IMG/VR virus record: IMGVR_UViG_2713896795_000003
Location: 1-37,123 of that record
DNA length: 37,123 nt
Source of the DNA: a virus
Taxonomy: Duplodnaviria > Heunggongvirae > Uroviricota > Caudoviricetes
Strand: one strand, 5' to 3'
Each line of letters starts with the position of its first letter. Position 1 is the stretch's first letter. A program made the translations under genes and the position numbers. This document shows positions 7,019 through 16,881 of the stretch, piece after piece. Under the pieces are notes generated by a model. It had not been told where the DNA came from. It was given only the letters and a program-made list of their open reading frames with translations, and did no database searches.

Positions 7019-8899
7019 ATGACGCCAAGTGAACTTAGCGACCTGCTTTGGGCGCAGGTTGACAGGGTGGCTCCGCACCTGTTGCCAAACGGCAAGAAAG
7101 AGGGGCATGAGTGGGTTGCCGGTAACGTCAACGGTGACAAGGGAAACAGCCTTAAGGTCAACCTTAGCGGCAAGAAAAAATGGGCTGATTTCGCTGAGGG
7201 AGACGGCGGTGACATGCTTGATTTGTGGATGGCATGTCGTGGAATTAACCTGCATCAGGCTATGCAGGAAGCGAAAGCCTTTCTCGGAATCAAGGATGAC
7301 GATCACCATTTCGATGCCAAACGTGAGAAGAAATTCTCCAGACCTGACCGCAAGAAAATCGCCCGCTACGTTACCAGAACAGAATCCCATCTTGAGTACC
7401 TGCAATCGCGTGGCATATCGCCAGAAGTCGTAAAGCGCTACGAGGTTGTCAGCGGCAAGGTGTGGAATGGAGAACGAGAACTTGATGCACTGGTGCTTCC
7501 GTACAAACGCGATGGTGAGTTGTTGCAGGTCAAGCGAATCAGCACTGAGCGCCCGGACGGGAAGAAAGTCATTATGGCAGAAGGTGATTGCGAACCTTGT
7601 CTGTTCGGATGGCAGGCTCTGGACGCTGGCGTGAGGGCGGTTGTACTTTGCGAAGGCGAAATTGATTGTATGAGCTATGCGCAATACGGCATCTCGGCGT
7701 TATCCGTGCCGTTTGGTGGCGGGAAAGGCGCTAAGCAACAGTGGATTGAGTTTGAGTATCACAACCTCGACAGGTTTGAGGAAATATTCATCTCGATGGA
7801 CGTTGATGATGTTGGTCGTGAAGCCGCAAGGGAAATCGCAAGCCGACTCGGTGAACATCGTTGCCGTCTTGTTACTCTGCCGTACAAAGACATCAACGAA
7901 TGCCTGATGAACGGTGTTACCGAGGATGAAATCTGGCAGTACATCGGCACGGCATCCTACTTCGATCCTGAAGAACTCTACAGCGCGCGAGAGTTTTACC
8001 AGGACACTATCAACGCTTTCTACGGCAAGCAGCAGTATCTGTTTAATCCACCGTGGGAATCTCTGGCAGATAAATTCCAGTTCCGTGAGGCCGAGTTGAC
8101 GCTGGTCAATGGTGTGAACGGTCACGGAAAAACGGAGGTTGTCGGGCATATGGCGCTTGAGGCAATGCGTCAGGGTGTGAAGACGTGCATCGCGTCACTT
8201 GAGCTGAAGCCAGGCATTCTCCTTAAGCGACTTACCCGTCAGGCGACGTGCTGCAAGATGCCGCCAGTGCTGGAAATTGACTCTGCATTTAAATTTTATG
8301 ACGAAAGACTTTGGGTGTTTGGCCTGACCGGAACGGCGAAAGCCGACAGGCTGATCGAAATATTCGACTACGCTCGCCGCCGATACGGCATCCAGTTATT
8401 CATCATCGACAGCCTGATGAAATGTGGCATAGGCGACGATGACTATAACGGGCAGAAGGCGTTTGTTGACTCGATTTGCGATTTCAAAAACAAAACAAAC
8501 TCCCACGTCATTCTCGTTACTCACTCGCGAAAAGGTGACAGCGAAGAAAAACCAACCGGGAAAATGGACGTAAAAGGCTCTGGAGCGATAACAGACCTGA
8601 CAGACAACCTTTTCATCATCTGGCGTAACAAGGCTCGCGAGAGAGCGTTACAGAGAGTTCAGAGTGGTGAAAAGATGTCAGAGAAGGACGAACAGCTACT
8701 GGCATCTCCGGCATCTGTTTTGATGCTTGAAAAGCAACGTAACGGCGAAGGTTGGGAAGGTGGTGTCCCGTTGTTCCTTGACGAGCAATCGCACCAGTTC
8801 CTGCAACTTGAATCAGGATCGCCATATAGCTACATCGCCAATATGCCGAAATCGGAATATGACGAGGCGTGGCGACAGGAAAACGTGACGGAGTATTAA
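7019..8899 (+). CDS. Bifunctional DNA primase/helicase (Toprim + DnaB-like ATPase)
   Basis: 626 aa; Toprim-like VVLCEGEIDCMSYAQYG and DVDDVGREAA; Walker A GVNGHGKT; Walker B LFIIDSL. Confidence 0.8.
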   Translation: MTPSELSDLLWAQVDRVAPHLLPNGKKEGHEWVAGNVNGDKGNSLKVNLSGKKKWADFAEGDGGDMLDLWMACRGINLHQAMQEAKAFLGIKDDDHHFDAKREKKFSRPDRKKIARYVTRTESHLEYLQSRGISPEVVKRYEVVSGKVWNGERELDALVLPYKRDGELLQVKRISTERPDGKKVIMAEGDCEPCLFGWQALDAGVRAVVLCEGEIDCMSYAQYGISALSVPFGGGKGAKQQWIEFEYHNLDRFEEIFISMDVDDVGREAAREIASRLGEHRCRLVTLPYKDINECLMNGVTEDEIWQYIGTASYFDPEELYSAREFYQDTINAFYGKQQYLFNPPWESLADKFQFREAELTLVNGVNGHGKTEVVGHMALEAMRQGVKTCIASLELKPGILLKRLTRQATCCKMPPVLEIDSAFKFYDERLWVFGLTGTAKADRLIEIFDYARRRYGIQLFIIDSLMKCGIGDDDYNGQKAFVDSICDFKNKTNSHVILVTHSRKGDSEEKPTGKMDVKGSGAITDLTDNLFIIWRNKARERALQRVQSGEKMSEKDEQLLASPASVLMLEKQRNGEGWEGGVPLFLDEQSHQFLQLESGSPYSYIANMPKSEYDEAWRQENVTEY

Positions 8900-8976
8900 A
8901 TGACCATCTACATCACTGAGTTAATAACAGGCTTGCTGGTAATCGCAGGCCTTTTTATTTGGGGGAGAGGGAAGTC

Positions 8977-9417
8977 ATGAAAAAACTAACCTTTGAAATT
9001 CGATCTCCAGCACATCAGCAAAACGCTATTCACGCAGTACAGCAAATCCTTCCAGACCCAACCAAACCAATCGTAGTAACCATTCAGCAACGCAACCGCA
9101 GCTTAGACCAGAATCGAAAGCTTTGGGCTTGCCTTGGTGACGTCTCTCGTCAGGTTGAATGGCATGGTCGCTGGCTGGATGCAGAAAGCTGGAAGTGTGT
9201 GTTTACCGCAGCATTAAAGCAGCAGGACGTTGTTCCTAACCTTGCCGGGAATGGCTTTGTGGTAATAGGCCAGTCAACCAGCAGGATGCGTGTAAGCGAA
9301 TTCGCGGAGCTATTAGAGCTTATACAGGCATTCGGTACAGAACATGGCGTTAAGTGGTCAGACGAAGCGCGACTGGCTCTGGAGTGGAAAGCAAGATGGG
9401 GAGACAGGGCGGCATGA
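8977..9417 (+). CDS. ninB: NinB recombination protein
   Basis: [37 protein letters not shown]... matches lambda NinB from memory; start at 8977 (ORF-track frame begins 18 nt earlier). Confidence 0.85.
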   Translation: MKKLTFEIRSPAHQQNAIHAVQQILPDPTKPIVVTIQQRNRSLDQNRKLWACLGDVSRQVEWHGRWLDAESWKCVFTAALKQQDVVPNLAGNGFVVIGQSTSRMRVSEFAELLELIQAFGTEHGVKWSDEARLALEWKARWGDRAA

Positions 9418-9590
9418 GGCGACAGCGACGAAGTTTCACCGACATCATCTGCGAAAACTGCAAATACCTTCCAACGAAGCGCTCCAGAAATAAATGCAAG
9501 CCAATCCCAAAAGAATCTGACGTAAAAACCTTCAACTACACGGCTCACCTGTGGGATATCCGGTGGCTAAGACATCGTGCGAGGAAATGA
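9414..9590 (+). CDS. ninE: NinE
   Basis: [27 protein letters not shown]... ; ATGA overlap with ninB stop. Confidence 0.75.
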   Translation: MRRQRRSFTDIICENCKYLPTKRSRNKCKPIPKESDVKTFNYTAHLWDIRWLRHRARK

Positions 9591-9994
9591 CAATGCTTTT
9601 AATTCAACCTGGATTTGGACTTAGCATCAAAAAAGGCCACATGTTTGGCGAGAAAGAGTCACAACGAAAAATGGTGTCTATCCGGTTGCCATTTATCAGT
9701 ATTTATTGGCTAAACAGGGAGGCAACAAATTATTGGTATACATGCGCCAGAGCAGCATTTAACGACCCTGACTGGTTTGTGAAAAACCACCACGCAGTTC
9801 GTCAGGCAAAGAGAAAGGCCAACATGACATACATGAAGGCGTATCAAAAAGCATGGAAAGAACACCGCGATCGATACCAGCAAGACATGGAAAAGCTTGA
9901 ATCAGAAAACATGGAATTAAGACGAAAGCTTGGTGAAGCAAAACGAGACATTGATGCTTACAAGCGACTTTTTAATGGTGAAAGCCATGCTTAG
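9587..9994 (+). CDS. Hypothetical nin-region protein (135 aa)
   Basis: ATG overlaps ninE stop (ATGA); coiled-coil-like basic C-terminus; family not recognised. Confidence 0.55.
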   Translation: MTMLLIQPGFGLSIKKGHMFGEKESQRKMVSIRLPFISIYWLNREATNYWYTCARAAFNDPDWFVKNHHAVRQAKRKANMTYMKAYQKAWKEHRDRYQQDMEKLESENMELRRKLGEAKRDIDAYKRLFNGESHA

Positions 9995-10163
9995 CCCATC
10001 CCAATCCCTTCAATACCAGAAAGAAAGCGTCGAGCGGGCTTTAACGTGCGCTAACTGCGGTCAGAAGCTGCATGTGCTGGAAGTTCACGTGTGCTCCGAT
10101 TGCTGCGCAGAACTGATGAGCGATCCGAATAGCTCAATGTACGAGGAAGAAGACGATGAGTGA
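9987..10163 (+). CDS. ninF: NinF
   Basis: [36 protein letters not shown]... matches lambda NinF from memory. Confidence 0.75.
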   Translation: MLSPSQSLQYQKESVERALTCANCGQKLHVLEVHVCSDCCAELMSDPNSSMYEEEDDE

Positions 10164-10368
10164 TTACCTGAAATGGTATCTCTGCCACCGCTGGTTAATT
10201 AAGTATGCTGTAAAAGACTGGATGACAGCGGATGCCAACAAGCTTAAGCAAAGAAAAGACTATTACTACGCCAGAATGAAGGAAAACTACTGCTCAATTC
10301 GCACTCGCATATTTATTAAAAAAGACCTTCAGTCAATTCTTCAATTGCGAGGGAAGGTAAATGGCTAA
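10156..10368 (+). CDS. Hypothetical small basic protein (70 aa)
   Basis: ATG with GAGGAAG SD, overlaps ninF stop. Confidence 0.5.
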   Translation: MSDYLKWYLCHRWLIKYAVKDWMTADANKLKQRKDYYYARMKENYCSIRTRIFIKKDLQSILQLRGKVNG

Positions 10369-10651
10369 CCTACGCAAAGAAGCGCGCGGCAGAGAATGCC
10401 AGGTACGTATTTACGGTGTATGCAATGGCAATCCTGAAACTACAGTTCTGGCACATTACCGGATGGCTGGAATTTGCGGAACGGGAATGAAGCCTGACGA
10501 CCTGATCGGTGCATGGGCTTGTAGCGCGTGTCACGATGAAATCGACCGACGCACCCATAATCTCGACAACAAAGACGCCAGACTTTACCACCTCGAAGGC
10601 GTGATCAGGACGCAGGCGATACTGCTGAAGGAGGGGAAGATTAAGCCATGA
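10361..10651 (+). CDS. ybcO: YbcO-like protein (DUF1364, putative nuclease)
   Basis: MANLRKEARGRECQVRIYGVCNGNPETTVLAHYR...CSACHDEIDRR resembles DLP12 YbcO from memory. Confidence 0.65.
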   Translation: MANLRKEARGRECQVRIYGVCNGNPETTVLAHYRMAGICGTGMKPDDLIGAWACSACHDEIDRRTHNLDNKDARLYHLEGVIRTQAILLKEGKIKP

Positions 10652-11010
10652 ACGAATATCAGTTTGTGCTTCCATACCCGCCGTCGGTGAATACCTACTG
10701 GCGAAGACGGGGAAGTCAATACTACATCAGCGATAAAGGCCAGAAATACCGAAAAGACGTTCAGCAAATCATCCGCCAACTTAAGTTAGACATTTTCACC
10801 AAATCACGACTCCGCATCAAAGTCATCGCAGACGTTCCAGACTCCCGCCGCCGCGACCTCGACAACATCCTGAAAGGTTTACTCGACTCACTTATCCACG
10901 CCGGATTTGCGGAAGACGACGAGCAATTCGATGACATTCGCGTAATTCGTGGTGTGAAAGTACCGGGCGGACGGCTTGGAATAAAAATCACCGAACTGGA
11001 GAACGTATGA
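10648..11010 (+). CDS. rusA: RusA Holliday-junction resolvase
   Basis: 120 aa with RRRDLDN and GGRLGIKITE motifs typical of RusA; strong GGAGG SD. Confidence 0.8.
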   Translation: MNEYQFVLPYPPSVNTYWRRRGSQYYISDKGQKYRKDVQQIIRQLKLDIFTKSRLRIKVIADVPDSRRRDLDNILKGLLDSLIHAGFAEDDEQFDDIRVIRGVKVPGGRLGIKITELENV

Positions 11011-11195
11011 ACGCCACAATTCAAACGATACCAGAGCTTCTTATCCAGACACGAGGCAATCAGACCGAAGTGGCGAGGATGCTTTCCTGCGCAAGAGGAA
11101 CAGTGCTCAAGTACAACCGAGACAGCAAAGGCGAGCGTCACGTAATAGTTAACGGCGTCCTGATGGTCAAACAGGGCAAGAGGGGAAGACGATGA
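11007..11195 (+). CDS. ninH: NinH-like protein
   Basis: ...GNQTEVARMLSCARGTVLKY... resembles lambda NinH from memory. Confidence 0.65.
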   Translation: MNATIQTIPELLIQTRGNQTEVARMLSCARGTVLKYNRDSKGERHVIVNGVLMVKQGKRGRR

Positions 11196-11815
11196 GACTC
11201 GAAAGCGTAGCTAAATTTCATTCGCCAAAAAGCCCGATGATGAGTGACTCACCACGGGCTACGGCTTCTGACTCTCTTTCCGGTACTGATGTGATGGCTG
11301 CTATGGGGATGGCGCAATCACAAGCCGGATTCGGAATGGCTGCATTCTGCGGTAAGCATGAACTCAGCCAGAACGACAAACAAAAGGCTATCAACTATCT
11401 GATGCAATTTGCACACAAGGTATCGGGGAAATACCGTGGTGTGGCAAAGCTCGAAGGAAATACTAAGGCAAAGGTACTGCAAGTGCTCGCAACATTCGCT
11501 TATGCGGATTATTGCCGTAGTGCCGCGACGCCGGGCGCAAGATGCAGAGATTGTCACGGTACAGGCCGTGCGGTTGATATAGCAAAAACAGAGCAGTGGG
11601 GGAGAGTTGTTGAGAAAGAGTGCGGAAGATGCAAAGGCGTCGGCTATTCAAGGATGCCAGCAAGTGCCGCATATCGCGCTGTAACGATGCTAATCCCAAA
11701 CCTTACTCAACCCACCTGGTCACGCACTGTTAAGCCGCTGTATGACGCTCTGGTGGTGCAATGCCACAAAGAAGAGTCAATCGCAGACAACATTTTGAAT
11801 GCGGTCACACGTTAG
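11192..11815 (+). CDS. Q: Late-gene antiterminator Q (lambda type)
   Basis: 207 aa; MRLESVAKFHSPKSPMMSDSPRATASDSLSG... recognised as lambda Q from memory. Confidence 0.9.
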   Translation: MRLESVAKFHSPKSPMMSDSPRATASDSLSGTDVMAAMGMAQSQAGFGMAAFCGKHELSQNDKQKAINYLMQFAHKVSGKYRGVAKLEGNTKAKVLQVLATFAYADYCRSAATPGARCRDCHGTGRAVDIAKTEQWGRVVEKECGRCKGVGYSRMPASAAYRAVTMLIPNLTQPTWSRTVKPLYDALVVQCHKEESIADNILNAVTR

Positions 11816-11857
11816 CAGCATGATTGCCACGGATGGCAACATATTAACGGCATGATA

Positions 11858-11893
11858 TTGACTTTTTGAATAAAGTTGGGTAAATTTGACCAA
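11858..11893 (+). promoter_or_regulatory. Late promoter pR-prime with qut region
   Basis: -35 TTGACT (11858-11863), 17-nt spacer, -10 TAAATT (11881-11886); sits between Q and the lysis genes as in lambda. Confidence 0.65.
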
Positions 11894-11921
11894 ACGATGG
11901 ATAAATGCACTCGTTAAATAA

Positions 11922-11957
11922 AGCCCTGAGTTAATAGCTCGGGGCTTTTTGCGTTTT
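11922..11957 (+). terminator. Candidate tR-prime terminator
   Basis: Hairpin AGCCCTGAG-ttaatag-CTCGGGGCT (one G-U pair) followed by TTTTGCGTTTT, ~35-60 nt downstream of the pR-prime start. Confidence 0.5.
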
Positions 11958-12248
11958 AAGCACGGCCTTTCTGAAAGCACATCAAACCAAATACCAGACA
12001 GACAAAAATAATCACCTTATCCGCTGTGGCTACGGTGCGGTGTGCTTTGCATAAAAGAAAACCAGCTCAATGGCTGGCTTCGTGAAAGCGGGTGGCAAGA
12101 AGTTGCGCTAACAACCTCCTGCCGTTTTGCCCGTGCATATCGGTCACGAACAAATCTGATTACTAAACACAGTAGCCTGGATTTGTTCTATCAGTAATCG
12201 ACCTTATTCCTAATTAAATAGAGCAAATCCCCTTATTGGGGGTAAGAC

Positions 12249-12572
12249 ATGAAGATGCCAGAAAAACATGACCTGTTAGCCGCCATTCTCGCGGCAAAGG
12301 AACAAGGCATCGGGGCAATCCTTGCGTTTGCAATGGCGTACCTTCGCGGCAGATATAATGGCGGTGCGTTTACAAAAACAGTAATCGACGCAACGATGTG
12401 CGCCATTATCGCCTGGTTCATTCGTGACCTTCTCGACTTCGCCGGACTAAGTAGCAATCTCGCTTATATAACGAGCGTGTTCATCGGCTACATCGGTACT
12501 GACTCGATTGGTTCGCTTATCAAACGCTTCGCTGCTAAAAAAGCCGGAGTAGAAGATGGTGGAAATCAATAA
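12249..12572 (+). CDS. S: Holin/antiholin S (dual start MKM)
   Basis: [34 protein letters not shown]... matches lambda S from memory. Confidence 0.9.
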   Translation: MKMPEKHDLLAAILAAKEQGIGAILAFAMAYLRGRYNGGAFTKTVIDATMCAIIAWFIRDLLDFAGLSSNLAYITSVFIGYIGTDSIGSLIKRFAAKKAGVEDGGNQ

Positions 12573-13032
12573 TCAACGTAAGGCGTTCCTCGATATGCTG
12601 GCGTGGTCAGAGGGAACTGATAACGGACGTCAGAAAACCAGAAATCATGGTTATGACGTCATTGTTGGTGGAGAGCTATTCACTGATTACTCCGATCACC
12701 CTCGCAAACTTGTCACGCTAAACCCAAAACTCAAATCAACAGCAGCCGGGCGCTATCAGCTTCTTTCCCGTTGGTGGGATGCCTATCGTAAGCAGCTTGG
12801 CTTGAAAGATTTCTCTCCGAAAAGCCAGGACGCAGTTGCACTGCAGCAGATTAAAGAGCGTGGCGCTTTACCTATGATTGATCGCGGTGATATCCGTCAG
12901 GCAATCGACCGTTGCAGCAATATCTGGGCTTCACTGCCGGGCGCTGGTTATGGTCAGTTCGAGCATAAGGCTGACAGCCTGATTGCAAAATTCAAAGAGG
13001 CTGGCGGAACGGTCAGAGAGATTGAGGTATGA
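12556..13032 (+). CDS. R: Endolysin R (lytic transglycosylase)
   Basis: [39 protein letters not shown]... matches lambda R from memory. Confidence 0.9.
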   Translation: MVEINNQRKAFLDMLAWSEGTDNGRQKTRNHGYDVIVGGELFTDYSDHPRKLVTLNPKLKSTAAGRYQLLSRWWDAYRKQLGLKDFSPKSQDAVALQQIKERGALPMIDRGDIRQAIDRCSNIWASLPGAGYGQFEHKADSLIAKFKEAGGTVREIEV

Positions 13033-13496
13033 GCAGAGTAACCGCGATTATCTCCGCTCTGGTTATCTGCATCATCGTCTGCCTGTCATGGGCTGTTAAT
13101 CATTACCGTGATAACGCCATGACCTACAAAGAGCAGCTCGATAAAAAAGTCAGTGAGATGAAGCAGGCGACTGCCACCATTACTGACATGCAGCGGCGCC
13201 AGCGTACTGCTGATGCACTTGATGCTAAATACACGAAGGAGTTAGCTGATGCGAAAGCTGAAAATGATGCTCTTCGGCGCAAGCTTGATAATGGTGGCAG
13301 GGTGCTCGTCAAAGGAAAATGCCCTGTGCCATCCTCAGCCGAAACCTCCAGCACCTCCGGCATGGGCAATGATGCCACCGTCGAACTCTCTCCAGTTGCT
13401 GGACGAAACGTTCTCGGTATTCGGGACGGAATCATCAGCGACCAAACAGCACTGAGAACGCTTCAGGAATACATCAGGACGCAATGCCTTCGATGA
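13029..13496 (+). CDS. Rz: i-spanin Rz
   Basis: N-terminal [32 protein letters not shown] like lambda Rz; C-terminal half divergent. Confidence 0.8.
   Translation: MSRVTAIISALVICIIVCLSWAVNHYRDNAMTYKEQLDKKVSEMKQATATITDMQRRQRTADALDAKYTKELADAKAENDALRRKLDNGGRVLVKGKCPVPSSAETSSTSGMGNDATVELSPVAGRNVLGIRDGIISDQTALRTLQEYIRTQCLR
13249..13455 (+). CDS. Rz1: o-spanin Rz1 (lipoprotein) embedded in Rz in the +1 frame
   Basis: [22 protein letters not shown]... with lipobox VAGC and proline-rich stretch; AAGGAG SD 8 nt upstream. Confidence 0.7.
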   Translation: MRKLKMMLFGASLIMVAGCSSKENALCHPQPKPPAPPAWAMMPPSNSLQLLDETFSVFGTESSATKQH

Positions 13497-13669
13497 TAGC
13501 GATAATTTTACTCATCATCCTTCACATCTGGCTCTGTAGACAGGGTGGTGATCACTTCTGGAGTGAATCCAGATTAAACATCTCATTGCTGATGCTTGAT
13601 ATTGAGCATCTGGCGCGCGGTAAGGGGCTGCGTTGAGATAAGAGCCAGTAATTACAAACACCAGGATTT

Positions 13670-13695
13670 AGCCTCGCATTCGCGGGGCTTTTTTA
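13670..13695 (+). terminator. Candidate intrinsic terminator between Rz and KilA-N gene
   Basis: Hairpin AGCCTCGC-attc-GCGGGGCT followed by TTTTTT. Confidence 0.4.
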
Positions 13696-13840
13696 CATCT
13701 GCAGTAAACCGCGCATCGCAGCGCGTAACAATCCCGAGTCTTTCAGAAAGCTGAGCCTGAGAATTGCCGTATATGGTGGCGACCATCTCGGGGCGGCTTT
13801 TCTGTGCGAACAGGCTCATCTTTCTAAAAGGTAAGACGCT

Positions 13841-14362
13841 ATGAATATCGTTCCACTAAATTACAAAGGCGAACCTATCCGCTTCAATACTGATGGCTGG
13901 ATTAATGCCACTGATATTGCAAAACGTTTCGGGAAGCGTCTGGATCACTGGTTGTCCAACGCTGAAACTCTCGAATACGTTAGAGCTCTGGATGAGGTTT
14001 ATTCAGGTGAACCATCGAAAATTCTACATACCCGTGATTCCGGGTATGTAAAAACAAGCAAGGCACGAAAGGACAGGGGTGGCGGAACATGGCTGCATCC
14101 AAAGTTATCAGTTGCCTTTGCAAGATGGTGCGATCCGAAATTCTCCGTATGGTGCGACCTGCACATTGATAGTCTGCTTCGCGGTGAACTGACTGAGCAG
14201 CAGAAATATGAGCAAGCATGTCGCATTCGCGATGACCGGAAATCAAAAGCCAGCAATGGGGCAAGAGAGATGGCTCGCTGGCGATGGGATAAGCCGGTTA
14301 TTGAAGCAAATGTCGAGTACTGGCGCGAGCAACTGCAGTTGACTCTCGATATTGCGTGCTGA
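13841..14362 (+). CDS. KilA-N domain protein
   Basis: N-terminal NYKGEPIRFNTDGWINATDIAKRFGKRLDHWL resembles KilA-N/antirepressor-type DNA-binding domain; position after the lysis cassette is typical. Confidence 0.5.
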   Translation: MNIVPLNYKGEPIRFNTDGWINATDIAKRFGKRLDHWLSNAETLEYVRALDEVYSGEPSKILHTRDSGYVKTSKARKDRGGGTWLHPKLSVAFARWCDPKFSVWCDLHIDSLLRGELTEQQKYEQACRIRDDRKSKASNGAREMARWRWDKPVIEANVEYWREQLQLTLDIAC

Positions 14363-14720
14363 TGGCAAACGCAAAACTGCGTTATCGGAAAAATCAAAGC
14401 ATTACGAGAACTGAGCAACGGCTATCCATTACAAAGCCCATCAACGGGTGGGCTTGATAATGAAACCGGAATTTATTCTAGGTAACCAGTTACGGCAGTA
14501 CCACGAAGCAACCCAAGCCAGTAAGTGGGGGAAATAACACTGGCAGCCACTGAAAGATGAACCTCCAGCCTTATGGCAAAAAAGATTCTTTGTGGTGGCG
14601 GACTGATGGAAAGACATCGGTTATTGCAGAGGCCATTCAATGAATGGTCTCGACAATGGCTTATACCCTACACGGGATAACTTAACTGATATCCCTTTTA
14701 ACGGATAAACGGAGCCAACA

Positions 14721-14927
14721 ATGGCAGAGATTATTCCCATGACTGAAGAACAGAAATTCCAGTTAGAGATTTACAAGCTGGTCATGAACCAGAACGCAGC
14801 CGCAGAAGAAGCATTTCAATTCATTGGCACTGACGAACTGAAGCTTGAGCTATTCAAAATTCACTTCCAGTCAGGCGGCGCTAATTCAGATATCACGACC
14901 CGCACTATCGAAGCGGTACGTAAATAG
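14721..14927 (+). CDS. Hypothetical small protein (68 aa)
   Basis: ATG with GGAG SD; upstream of terminase small subunit. Confidence 0.5.
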   Translation: MAEIIPMTEEQKFQLEIYKLVMNQNAAAEEAFQFIGTDELKLELFKIHFQSGGANSDITTRTIEAVRK

Positions 14928-15042
14928 AAGGAAGCGTTAGACCTGTTCACTACCGGAGCGTAAACATGGCAACTCAAGGTTTCGACAACCCATCCAAATT
15001 CCGTGATGAATGGGATAAGCAAGCAGAAGGGAAATAATCAAT

Positions 15043-15468
15043 ATGGCGACTGAGAAAAAGAATGTCGGTCGCCCTTCGGATTACCTGCCGGAGGTGGCTG
15101 ATGATATCTGTGCGCTTCTTGCCTCCGGGGAAAGTCTGGTTAAGGTTTGCAAGCGCCCCGGCATGCCAGCAAAGGCTACTGTATTTCGCTGGCTGTCAGA
15201 GCATGACGAATTTAGAGACAAGTACGCGAAGGCAACTGAGGCGCGAGCTGATTCTATTTTCGAAGAGATATTCGAAATTGCTGACACTGCGATTCCAGAT
15301 GCCGCCGAGGTGGCAAAGGCAAGACTTCGCGTTGATACCCGCAAATGGGCGCTGGCCAGAATGAATCCCCGTAAGTATGGCGACAAGGTAACTAATGAGC
15401 TTGTCGGCAAAGACGGCGGCGCAATCCAGATTGAAACATCACCGATGAGCACTCTATTCGGAAAATGA
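15043..15468 (+). CDS. Terminase small subunit (Sf6 gp1-like, HTH)
   Basis: MATEKKNVGRPSDYLPEVADDICALLASGESLVKVCKRPGMPAKATVFRWL... resembles Sf6-type small terminase from memory; stop overlaps large-subunit start. Confidence 0.75.
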   Translation: MATEKKNVGRPSDYLPEVADDICALLASGESLVKVCKRPGMPAKATVFRWLSEHDEFRDKYAKATEARADSIFEEIFEIADTAIPDAAEVAKARLRVDTRKWALARMNPRKYGDKVTNELVGKDGGAIQIETSPMSTLFGK

Positions 15469-16880
15469 CCTCGATTAATCCTATCTTTGAACCGTTCATT
15501 GAGGCGCATCGCTACAAAGTCGCCAAAGGCGGTCGAGGTAGCGGCAAATCATGGGCAATTGCGAGGCTGCTTGTTGAAGCGGCGCGTCGTCAGCCAGTGC
15601 GTATTCTCTGCGCTCGTGAACTGCAAAACAGTATCAGCGATTCGGTAATCCGGTTGCTTGAAGATACCATCGAGCGTGAAGGGTATTCGGCTGAGTTTGA
15701 AATTCAGCGTTCAATGATTCGTCATCTCGGAACGAATGCTGAATTCATGTTCTACGGCATCAAAAACAACCCGACGAAGATTAAATCGCTCGAAGGCATT
15801 GATATCTGCTGGGTGGAAGAAGCGGAAGCGGTAACGAAGGAATCATGGGATATCCTGATACCAACCATCCGCAAGCCGTTTTCCGAAATATGGGTGAGCT
15901 TTAACCCGAAAAACATCCTCGACGATACCTATCAGAGATTCGTTGTAAATCCTCCCGATGATATTTGCCTGCTGACGGTGAACTACACCGACAACCCGCA
16001 CTTTCCTGAAGTTCTCCGTCTGGAGATGGAAGAGTGCAAACGCAGAAATCCGACATTGTATCGTCACATCTGGCTTGGTGAGCCAGTAAGCGCAAGTGAT
16101 ATGGCAATCATCAAACGTGAATGGCTTGAAGCCGCAACCGATGCGCACAAGAAACTCGGATGGAAAGCGAAGGGCGCGGTTGTCTCTGCGCATGACCCGT
16201 CAGATACAGGACCGGATGCTAAAGGTTACGCATCGCGTCACGGTTCGGTAGTTAAGCGCATTGCCGAAGGTCTGCTGATGGACATCAACGAGGGTGCTGA
16301 CTGGGCTACTTCGCTGGCGATTGAAGACGGCGCTGACCATTACCTGTGGGATGGTGATGGTGTTGGTGCTGGGCTACGCAGACAGACAACGGAAGCGTTC
16401 TCCGGCAAGAAAATCACCGCCACGATGTTCAAGGGTAGCGAATCGCCATTCGATGAAGATGCACCATATCAGGCCGGAGCATGGGCCGATGAAGTCGTAC
16501 AGGGCGACAACGTTCGCACTATTGGCGATGTGTTCCGCAATAAGCGAGCGCAATTCTATTACGCGCTGGCTGACAGGCTGTATCTGACATATCGGGCGGT
16601 TGTTCACGGTGAGTATGCAGACCCCGACGACATGCTGAGTTTCGACAAAGAAGCGATAGGCGAGAAGATGCTGGAGAAGCTGTTTGCAGAACTGACGCAG
16701 ATTCAGCGCAAATTCAATAACAACGGGAAGCTGGAGCTAATGACTAAGGTCGAAATGAAGCAGAAGCTCGGTATTCCATCTCCTAACCTGGCTGATGCGC
16801 TGATGATGTGTATGCATTGCCCAGAGTCGGCTGCGCAACCCGACTATTCCAGTTACTCAATTCCTTGTGGTGTAGGTTGA
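15465..16880 (+). CDS. Terminase large subunit
   Basis: 471 aa; Walker A KGGRGSGKS; nuclease-domain acidic motifs; resembles Sf6 gp2 from memory. Confidence 0.9.
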   Translation: MTSINPIFEPFIEAHRYKVAKGGRGSGKSWAIARLLVEAARRQPVRILCARELQNSISDSVIRLLEDTIEREGYSAEFEIQRSMIRHLGTNAEFMFYGIKNNPTKIKSLEGIDICWVEEAEAVTKESWDILIPTIRKPFSEIWVSFNPKNILDDTYQRFVVNPPDDICLLTVNYTDNPHFPEVLRLEMEECKRRNPTLYRHIWLGEPVSASDMAIIKREWLEAATDAHKKLGWKAKGAVVSAHDPSDTGPDAKGYASRHGSVVKRIAEGLLMDINEGADWATSLAIEDGADHYLWDGDGVGAGLRRQTTEAFSGKKITATMFKGSESPFDEDAPYQAGAWADEVVQGDNVRTIGDVFRNKRAQFYYALADRLYLTYRAVVHGEYADPDDMLSFDKEAIGEKMLEKLFAELTQIQRKFNNNGKLELMTKVEMKQKLGIPSPNLADALMMCMHCPESAAQPDYSSYSIPCGVG

Positions 16881-16881
16881 T

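Noticed and set aside
12095-12135. Hairpin-like inverted repeat upstream of S (GGCAAGAAGTT...AACCTCCTGCC followed by GTTTTG)
   Set aside because: Two A-C mismatches disrupt the stem; not convincing as a terminator
13980-14418. Minus-strand ORFs of 94 and 139 aa
   Set aside because: Antisense to the KilA-N gene; no SD
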